A stretch of 64,000 bases of DNA from Scyliorhinus canicula (Eukaryota), in assembly GCF_902713615.1 (NCBI RefSeq), contig NW_024055498.1:1578527-1642526 (forward strand), written 5' to 3'. Numbering within the stretch: position 1 is the stretch's first letter; the number at the start of each line of letters is the position of its first letter. Both the position numbers and the translations under genes were made by a program. The notes beneath the pieces were generated by a model. It did not search any database. It saw nothing but the letters and a program-made list of their open reading frames with translations, and was not told the origin of the DNA. Shown here in pieces: positions 24,667 to 33,366 of the stretch.

Positions 24667-26190
24667 GAGGGCATCTTGAAACCCATCGTACAAGGTACAC
24701 CCAGCTTCTGTCGCGACACGACGGACTTCCTACAGAAACTCAGCACCCATGGACCAGTTGAACCAGGAACATTCCTCGTCACAATGGATGTCTCGGCACT
24801 CTACACCAGCATCCCCCATGACGACGGCATTGCTGCAACAGCCTCAGTCCTCAACACCGACAACTGCCAATCTCCAGACGCAATTCTGCAACTCATCCGT
24901 TTCATTCTAGACCACAACGTCTTCACCTTCGACAACAAATTCTTCATCCAGACGCACGGAACAGCCATGGGGACCAAATTTGCACCTCAATATGCCAACA
25001 TCTTCATGCACAAGTTTGAACAGGACTTCCTCACCACACAGGACTTTCAACCGATGCTATACACCAGATACATCGATGACATTTTTTTCCTTTGGACCCA
25101 CGGCGAGACATCACTGAAACGACTACACGATGACATCAATAAGTTCCATCCCACCATCAAACTCACCATGGACTATTCTCCAAATTCAGTTCCATTCTTG
25201 GACACACTCGTCTCCATCAAGGACGGTCACCTCAGCACCTCGCTTTACCGCAAGCCCACAGATAATCTCACGATGCTCCACTTCTCCAGCTTTCACCCGA
25301 AACACATTAAAGAAGCCATCCCCTATGGACAAGCCCTCCGTATACACAGGATCTGCTCAGACAAGGAGGAGCGCAACAGACACCTACAGATGCTGAAAGA
25401 TGCCCTCGTACGAACGGGATATGGCGCTCGACTCATTGATCGACAGTTCCACCGCGCCACAGCAAAAAACCACACCGACCTCCTCAGAAGACGAACACGG
25501 GACACCACTGACAGAGTACCCTTCGTCGTCCAGTACTTTCCTGGGGCGGAGAAACTACGACATCTTCTTCGCAGCCTCCAACACATCATCAGCGAGGATG
25601 GACATCTTGCCAAGGTCATCCCCACACCCCCACTACTGGCCTTCAAACAACCGCGCAACCTCAAACAAACCATTGTTTGCAGCAAATTACCCAGCCTTCA
25701 GAACAGCAACCACAACACCACAAAACCCTGCCAGGGTAATCTCTGCAAGACATGCCAGATCATCGACATGGACACCACCATTACACGTGGAAACACCACC
25801 CACCAGGTACGCGGCGCATACTCGTGCGACTCGACCAATGTAGTCTACCTCATACGCTGCAGGAAAGGATGTCCCGAAGCGTGGTACATTGGCGAGACCA
25901 TGCAGACACTGCGACAACGAATAAACGGGCATCGTGCGACTATCAACAGGCAGGACTGTTCCCTTCCAGTTGGGGAACACTTCAGCAGTCAAGGACATTC
26001 AGCCTCTGATCTCCGGGTCAGCATTCTACAAGGAGGCCTTCAGGAGACGCGACAACGCAAAATTGCTGAGCAAAAACTTATAGCTAAGTTCCGCACGCAT
26101 GAATGCGGACTCAACCGGGATCTGGGATTCATGTCGCATTACATTCGGCCCCCACCAACAAGCCTGGACTTGCAGAGGCCTACCGACTGA
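24667..26190 (+). CDS. Penelope-like RT plus GIY-YIG endonuclease (N-terminally truncated, otherwise uninterrupted)
   Basis: RT motifs VTMDVSALYTSIP, GTAMG, YTRYIDDIFF. Cys-rich linker CKTCQ; endonuclease NVVYLIRC..WYIGET..R.NGH..HF..H. Confidence 0.95.
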   Translation, partial: EGILKPIVQGTPSFCRDTTDFLQKLSTHGPVEPGTFLVTMDVSALYTSIPHDDGIAATASVLNTDNCQSPDAILQLIRFILDHNVFTFDNKFFIQTHGTAMGTKFAPQYANIFMHKFEQDFLTTQDFQPMLYTRYIDDIFFLWTHGETSLKRLHDDINKFHPTIKLTMDYSPNSVPFLDTLVSIKDGHLSTSLYRKPTDNLTMLHFSSFHPKHIKEAIPYGQALRIHRICSDKEERNRHLQMLKDALVRTGYGARLIDRQFHRATAKNHTDLLRRRTRDTTDRVPFVVQYFPGAEKLRHLLRSLQHIISEDGHLAKVIPTPPLLAFKQPRNLKQTIVCSKLPSLQNSNHNTTKPCQGNLCKTCQIIDMDTTITRGNTTHQVRGAYSCDSTNVVYLIRCRKGCPEAWYIGETMQTLRQRINGHRATINRQDCSLPVGEHFSSQGHSASDLRVSILQGGLQETRQRKIAEQKLIAKFRTHECGLNRDLGFMSHYIRPPPTSLDLQRPTD

Positions 26191-26335
26191 ACTGGCTTGG
26201 GACAATTCACACCTCTTTAACCTGGAGTTACCTCTCTCTCTGCATCTTTGATGATTTGATTGCCTGCAGGTGCTCGCATTCCGGGGCATCTCTGACTGTG
26301 TCTATATAAACATTTCTGGAACAAGCCTTTCCATT

Positions 26336-26370
26336 CACCTGAAGAAGGAGCCGTGCTCCGAAAGCTCGTG
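26336..26370 (+). ncRNA. Minimal type I hammerhead ribozyme in the Penelope pLTR (mirror copy 23679-23713 on minus strand)
   Basis: CAC-CTGAAGA-A-GGAGC cgt GCTCC-GAAA-GC-TC^-GTG: intact core, 5-bp stem II, palindromic AGCT stem III, 3-bp stem I. Predicted cleavage after 26367. Confidence 0.8.
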
Positions 26371-26599
26371 TTTGAAACAAACCTGTTGGACTTTAACCTG
26401 GTGTTGTAAGACTTCTTACTGTGCTCACCCCAGTCCAACGCCGGCATCTCCACATCATGGCTTATTAAATAGAAGAGCAGGATTGATGGGCCGAATGGCC
26501 TACTGCTCCTGAGGATCTTAAGATCTCTCCGTTGAGAAAAGGAAATACTGGGCAGATCTGTCCATCAGCATGAGTTAGCACCTTCAGGAGAATAGGGAG

Positions 26600-26770
26600 G
26601 GTGTATCTTCGATGCAGCAGAGTGAGAATGGAGGGAGTGAGTATGTGTGGGGGGGGGGGGGAGGGAGTGAGTGTATGTGGGGGGGAGGGAGTGTATATGG
26701 GGGAGGGAGTGTGTATTGGGGAGGGGGTATGTATTGGGGGAACGAGTGTGTGTGGGAGGGGGGGGTGCAG
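26600..26770. repeat. G-rich imperfect tandem repeat (GGGGGAGGGAGTGTGTATT-like), G-quadruplex-prone
   Basis: About 8 degenerate units expand a segment that is short in the paralogous cassette at 11710-11745. Confidence 0.75.
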
Positions 26771-27038
26771 GGAGGAAGCAGGGATGGAAATTCAGGTCTG
26801 GGGGAATGAGAAAGCAAGTTCCACAGCAACTAAAATTATCTTCTGAATTTCTGAGCTGCACTGAGTGATGACATTTATAAACTCCTTCAACAGGATATTA
26901 AAAGGAGACGATTTGCTGCGAGAAATCTCAAACCAAACTTCACGTCAAGATCTGACAGATTTGTTAGGACGGGGAAAACCATCGGCCATTTTACCATCAG
27001 TGTGACTGGAAAAGCATCAAGTCACGGACACCCGCACC

Positions 27039-27935
27039 ATGGGGAATCCGTGGAAATGTGAGGATTGTGGGAAGGGATTCACTTTCCCATCTCGGCTGGA
27101 AACTCATCGACGCACTCACACCGGGGAGAGACCGTTCATCTGTTCTCAGTGCGAGAAGGGATTTAGAACTTCATCCAACCTGCGGACACACCAGCGAGTT
27201 CACAGCGAGGTGACACCGTTCATCTGCTCCGAGTGTGGGAAAGGATTTACTACTTCACCCGGCCTACGCAAACACCAGCAAGTTCACACTGGGGAGAAAC
27301 CGTTTACCTGCTCCATGTGTTTGAAGGCATTCGGATGTCAATACAACCTGCAGAGACACCAGCAGGTTCACACTGGGGAGAGACCATTCACTTGCTCCGT
27401 GTGTGGGAAGCGATTCGTTGACTCATCCAGCCTGCTTGCACACTTGCGTGTTCACACTGGGGAGAGGCCATTCACCTGTTCTGACTGTGGGAAGGGATTC
27501 ACTCAGTTATCCAGCCTGCAGAGACACCAGCAAGTTCACTCTGGGGAGAGACCATTCACCTGCACTGTGTGTGGGAAGGGATTTGGAGATCCATCCTGCC
27601 TAGTCAGACACTGGCGAGTCCACACTGGGGAGAAGCCATTCACCTGCTCCTTGTGTGGGAAGGGATTCATTCAGTTATCCAATCTGCAAAAACACCAGCG
27701 AGTTCACACTGGGGAAAGACCATTCATCTGCTCTGTGTGTGGGAAGGGATTTACCAATTCCTCCAACTTGCTAACACACCAGCGACTTCACACTGATGAG
27801 AAGCCGTTTATCTGCTCCGTGTGTGGGAAAGGATTTAAACGTTCAGCCCACCTTCAGATACACCAGCGAGTTCACAAGTCATTACAGGGGTTGGACTCTG
27901 CTGTTGTTGCTGCTGTTAATCACATCCAGGACTGA
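27039..27935 (+). CDS. C2H2 zinc-finger protein ZF3 (10 intact fingers)
   Basis: 298-aa ORF; all ten C-x2-C-x12-H-x3-H units intact. Acceptor cttcaacAG at 26892-26893. Confidence 0.92.
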   Translation: MGNPWKCEDCGKGFTFPSRLETHRRTHTGERPFICSQCEKGFRTSSNLRTHQRVHSEVTPFICSECGKGFTTSPGLRKHQQVHTGEKPFTCSMCLKAFGCQYNLQRHQQVHTGERPFTCSVCGKRFVDSSSLLAHLRVHTGERPFTCSDCGKGFTQLSSLQRHQQVHSGERPFTCTVCGKGFGDPSCLVRHWRVHTGEKPFTCSLCGKGFIQLSNLQKHQRVHTGERPFICSVCGKGFTNSSNLLTHQRLHTDEKPFICSVCGKGFKRSAHLQIHQRVHKSLQGLDSAVVAAVNHIQD

Positions 27936-29231
27936 CCCATGTTCATTCTGACAGTTAGTGCTGTTAGAGTCGGAGGGTTTGTTTCTGTTGCACTGGCTGG
28001 TGTCGGAATTTTCATTCCAGTGACTGAATCTCTGAGTGAGGGCACATTTCCACTGAAATGATTCACAGAAGCAGATGTAATGTATTAATTTTATCTTGCA
28101 CAGTTGTGATGAATGTTTATTATATTAAATATATTGTATTGTAGGGACATTGGAACCGAAGTAGGCCATTCAGCCCCTCGAGCCATTCAGCCCCTCGAGC
28201 CTTTCAATGAGATCATTGCTGATCTGTGGCCTAACTCCACAGGGCCCTAACTTGGCCCATGTCCCTGAATATCTTTGCTCAACAGAAATCTATCTATCTC
28301 CGATTTAGAATGAACAACAGCTTCTAGCTGTTTGTGGGAGAGAGTTCCAAGATGTGTAGGTTATGTTAAGGAGTTATTGGGACAGGGCAGGGGGGTGGGG
28401 ATGGTGCAGACTCGATGGACTGAATGGCTTCCTTCTGCACTGTCAGGATCCTATGATTCTATCCTTTTTTGGTTCAAAATGAATAACCGCACTCTTGCTG
28501 ACATTGAATTCCATCTGCCACAATTTTGCCCATTCTCCTCGTCTGTCAAAATCTTCCTGCAATTTTATGCTATCATCTAGACTGTCTACAATGCCACCTA
28601 ACTTTGTATCGTCTGCAGATTTGTATATATGGCTTTCTATGCCATCCAAGTCGTTCATGAATAATGTGACTAATTGAGGTCCTGTCACAGATCCCTGTGA
28701 TACACCATTAGTCACATCCTGCCAATTAGAGTACTTCCCATTATCCCCACTCTGTCACCTGCCACTCAACCAATTCCTAACCATGTCACTGATTTTCCCA
28801 CAACTCCATGGGCTTTCACTTCAGTTAACAGACTCTTATGTGGGACTTGGTCAAATGCCTCTGGCCATCCAAGTTAATAACATCAATAGACATTCTCGTG
28901 TCCACTAGCTCATTCACCACTTCAAAATATTCACTGAGATTTGTCAGGTATAACCTTCCCTTCACTAATCCATGCTGGCTCTCCCTGATTGATCAAAATC
29001 CTTCAAGCTGTTTAGTTACCCCTCTCCCTGAGTATAGAATCTGGAAATTTCCCCACGACAGATGTTCGGCAAAGTGGTCTGTAATTTCCTGGTTTCCCCC
29101 TTTGACTCTTTTTAAAAAGTGGAGTGACGTGGGCAATTTTTCAATCCAGGGAGACTACTCCTGAATCTAGGGAACTCTGAAAGTTTATAGTTCGGGCATC
29201 TACAATGTGCCTCCCGACTTCCTTTAACACC

Positions 29232-29792
29232 CTTGTCTGGTCCATCGGGCAGGAGATACAGAAGTCTGAGAACACACCCGAACAGACTCAAAAACAGCTT
29301 CTTCCCCAGTGTCACCAGACTCCTAAATGACCCTCTTATTGACTGACCTCATTAACACTACACCCTGTATGCTTCATCCGATGCCAATGCTTATGTATGA
29401 TGTGGAGATGCTGCCGTTGGACTGGAGTGAGCACAGTAAGAAGTCTTACAGCATCAGGTTAAAGTCCAACAGGTTTCTTTCAAACAAGAGCTTTCGGAGC
29501 ACTGCTCCTTCCTCAGGTGAATGCCATTCACCCGAGGAAGGAGCTGCGCTCTGAAAGCTCGGGTTTGAAACAAACCTGTTGGACTTTAACCTTATGTTGT
29601 AAGACTTCTAACATTGCTTATGTAGTTACATTGTATATCTTGTGTTGCCCTATTTTGTATTTTCTTGAATTTTGTTTAATTCCCTTTTCTTCCCATGTAC
29701 TGAATGATCTGTTGAGCTGCTTGCATAAAAATACTTTTCACTGTACCTCAGTACACGTGACAATAAACAAATCCAATCCAATCCTGGTGATT
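29232..29792 (+). mobile_element. Rex1/Babar-like LINE 3' end inserted in CR1
   Basis: SGRRYRSLRTHPNRLKNSFFPSVTRLLN resembles the Rex1-type C-terminus. 3' UTR ends AATAAAC(AATCC)n. Confidence 0.7.
29397..29609. mobile_element. Miniature palindromic Penelope derivative with two back-to-back hammerhead motifs and a 9-10-bp TSD
   Basis: Arms 29435-29523 and 29525-29609 are reverse complements (~90%). Tail 29397-29434 is homologous to 26421-26458. TGCTTATGTA at 29388-29397 and 29615-29624. Confidence 0.9.
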
Positions 29793-32700
29793 TGTCATTC
29801 TTTAGTGCCATTAATTTCCTAATTACTGATGCTATACGCACGTTAATTGTATTCAGTCCCTGTCCTCTATCGACTACTAATTTTTTCGGGACTTCCGGCA
29901 AGTTATCGTTCTTTTCAACTGTAAACACTGAGGCAAAGTAATTGTTCAACATGTCTGCCATTTCCCCATTATCACTGACAATATCCCCATTTTCAGCTTT
30001 TATTGCGCCTACATTACTCTTGTCCACCCGCTTTCCCTTTATATAACTGTAACATTTCTTCTTATTGATTTTGATGTCCCTTTCAAGTTTCCTTTCATAA
30101 TCCCGTTTAGAAGCTCTTACAAGCTGCTTTACTGGCCTTTGTATCTATCCCATTTGTCCGGATCTGTGCATGTTTTGCATCATGTTGTGCATTTTTGTAC
30201 TCCCTCACATTTAGTTTTATGCTGCCCCTAACATCGTTAGTTGTCCAGGACTATTTTTTTTGTGTGAAGTGGAGCCTTTTCCTCTGAGGGATATATACTC
30301 ACTCTATATCTCATTAAATGTTTCTTTAAATATTCATTGATCTTCAGTTGTTAAACAGATGTTCCCAGTTTACCGTGGACGGTCTCTGTCTCATCCCGTT
30401 AAAGTCAGCCTTACCCAAATCTAAAATTCTAGTATCTGAATCATGCTTTTCACTTTCAAATGTAACATTGAATTCAATCATGTTATGATCACTATTTGAT
30501 AAATGCTCGCGCACAGTTAGGCTCCGACTTAAATTTGGTTCATTACTCAGAACTAAATCTAATATTTCCTGCCCCCTTGTTACATCTGGAACATATTGCC
30601 GCAGGAAACTATCCCGGACACATTCCAGAAATTCCCTATCTTTCTGACAGCTGCTTGTCTGCCTCTCCCAATCTGCCTCAGTTAAAATCCCCCGTTAATA
30701 CGACTTTGCCTAATTTCTGCATTTATATAATCCAGCACCTTAGAACTGCTATCTGGGTGTCGATACACAACACCCATTACAGTTTAGAACTTTTTCTGTT
30801 CCTCAGTTCCACCCATATGGTCTCCACTTGATATTTTCCCCTCATTCTATCCTCCCTCATCATTGAGGTGGTAGTATTTTTTTTTTAATAAAATTTTTTT
30901 AAATACCCAATTAATTTTTTTCAATTAAGGGGCAATTTAGCATGGCCAATCCACACACCCAGCACATCTTTTGGGTTGTGGGGACGAAACTCATGCAAAC
31001 ACGGGGAGAATTCACAAACTCCACATGGACAGTAACCCACAGCCGGGATTAAACCAGGGTCGTCAGTGCCGTGAGGCAGCAGTGCTAACCACTGCGCCAC
31101 CATGCTGCGGTGATAGGATTTCCAAGCAGTAAGGCTACTCCACTCCCTTGGCCATCTTCCCTGTTCCTCCTGTAAACTTTATAACCGGTATATTTAATTC
31201 CCAGTCCTGACCATCTGGCAGCCATATCTCCATAATCGCTGTCGCTATGGAGGCTAAATCACTAAGTGTCTTTAAGGCAGAGTTGGAACTGGGCAGAACG
31301 GTGGCGCAATGGTTAGCACTGCTGCCTCACGGCGCCACGATCCCAGGTTCGATCCCGGCTCTGGGTCACTGTCCATGTTGTGTTTGCACATTCTCCCCGC
31401 GCTTTTCAAGGAGACACATCCTGAGTGAAACACATCGAGAGTGGGATTGCAACTTGGTAATTTGGTGCAGTGAGGTAATTCGGTGCAGAGTGAGAGAAGG
31501 TGCTTTTTAACCCTGGTAAGTGACTGGTAAGTAGTTTTTCTTTTCATTGTCTAATTTATTTATTTTTATTTTGAAATTGTTGTTGTATAAGTTTACCTAA
31601 GGTTTAAGACATGGCAGGAGATCCCAGACCCGTGTCATGCTCCTCGTGTGCGATGTGGGAGCTCAGGGATACGTCCACTGTCCCTGGCTCTTTCACGTGC
31701 AAGAAGTGTGTTCAGTTGCAGCTCCTGTTAGACCGCTTGACGGCTCTGGAGCTCCGGATGGACTCACTTTGGAGCATCCGCGATGCTGAGGAGGTCGTGG
31801 ATAGCATGTTTAGCGAGTTGGTCACACCGCAGGTGAAAGTTACTGAGGGAGATAGCAAATGGGTGACCAAAAGAAAGAGCAAGAGTAGGAAGGCAGTGCA
31901 GGTGTCCCCTGCGGTCATCTCCCTGCAAAACAGGTATACCGCTTTGGATACTGTTGAGGGAGATGGCTCACCAGGGGAAGGCAGCAGAGGCCAGGTTCAT
32001 GGCACCATGGCTGGCTCTGCTGCACAGCAGGGCAGGAAGAAAAATGGCAGGGCTATAGTGATAGGGGACTCGATCGTTAGGGGAATAGACAGGCGGTTCT
32101 GTGGACGCAATCGAGACTCCAGGACGGTATGTTGCCTCCCTGGTGCAAGGGTCAAGGATGTCTCGGAGCGGCTGCAGGACATTCTGGGGGGGTGAACAGC
32201 CAGCTGTCGTGCTGCACATAGGCACCAACGATATAGGTAAAAAACGGGATGAGGTCCAACAAGCGGAATTCAGGGAGTTAGGAGTTAAACTAAAAAGTAG
32301 GACCTCAAAGGTAGTAATCTCAGGATTGCTACCAGTGCCACGACCTAGTCAGAGTAGGAATGTCAGGATAGATAGGATGAATGCGTGGCTCGAGAGATGG
32401 TGCAAGAGGGAGGGATTCAAATTCCTGGGGCATTGGGACCGGTTCTGGGGAGGTGGGACCAGTACAAATCGGACGGTCTGCACCTGGGCAGGACTGGAAC
32501 CGATGTCCCACGGGGGGGTGTTTTCCAGAGCTGTTGGGGAAGGTTTAAACTAATGTGGCAGGGGGATGGGAACCGATGCAGGAAGTTGGAAGGTAGTAAA
32601 ACAGGGACAGAAGCAAAAGGAAATAAGGGGAAAAGTGCAATGCAGAGAAGACATAGTCAAAAATCTAAAAGGGCGACAGTACAAGGTACAGTGACTGAGG

Positions 32701-33366
32701 GGAGCTCAGTGAATAGGCCCAGTAATAACAAAAGGAATAAAACTGGAGATGTTAAGATTCAAAACAGAGGTAAAAAACCAACATAAATGTACTTTACCTG
32801 AATGCTCGTAGTATTCGGAATAAAGTAAATGAGTTGATGGCGCAAATCATCGTGAATGACTATGATTTAGTGGCCATTACTGAAACATGGTTAAAGGATG
32901 GTCACGACTGGGAGTTAAATATCCAAGGGTATCAAACTATTCGGAAGGACAGAGTGGATGGTAAGGGAGGTGGTGTTGCTCTATTATTTAAGGATGACAT
33001 CCGGGCAATAGTAAGGGATGACATCGGTGCTATGGAGGATAAGGTCGAATCCATTTGGGTGGAAATCAGAAATAGTAAGGCAAAAATGTCACTGATAGGA
33101 GTAGTCTATCGGCCACCAAATAGTTACGTTATGGTGGGGCAGGCAATAAACAAAGAAATAACTGATGCATGTAGAAATGGTACAGCAGTTATCATGGAGG
33201 ATTTTAATCTACATGTTGATTGGTTTAACCAGGTCGGTCAAGGCAACCTTGAGGAGGAGTTTATAGAATGTATCCGCGATAGTTTCCTAGAACAGTATGT
33301 AATGGAACCTACGAGGGAACAAGCGGTCCTAGATCATGTCCTGTGTAATGAGACAGGGTTGATTCA

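Larger units (their letters stand above)
23631..26460 (+). mobile_element. Penelope-like element, 5'-truncated, with inverted arm, 3' tail and 12-bp TSD
   Basis: 23629-24649 is the reverse complement of 25400-26420 (1021 bp each). 38-nt tail 26421-26458 on one arm only. CTTATTAAATAG duplicated at 23619-23630 and 26461-26472; flanks rejoin into a CR1 3' UTR. Confidence 0.95.
28400..30830 (-). mobile_element. Decayed CR1 ORF2 (endonuclease to RT), host to nested insertions
   Basis: GVSQGSV.GPQL...SADDTKLGG (28443-28715) and AIKAENGDIV...LNNYFASVFT..KSPG (29650-30027). Confidence 0.85.

Noticed and set aside
23859-24782. 307-aa minus-strand ORF as a second gene
   Set aside because: It is the inverted arm of the Penelope ORF read through the fold-back junction; its first ~45 residues are antisense RT sequence.
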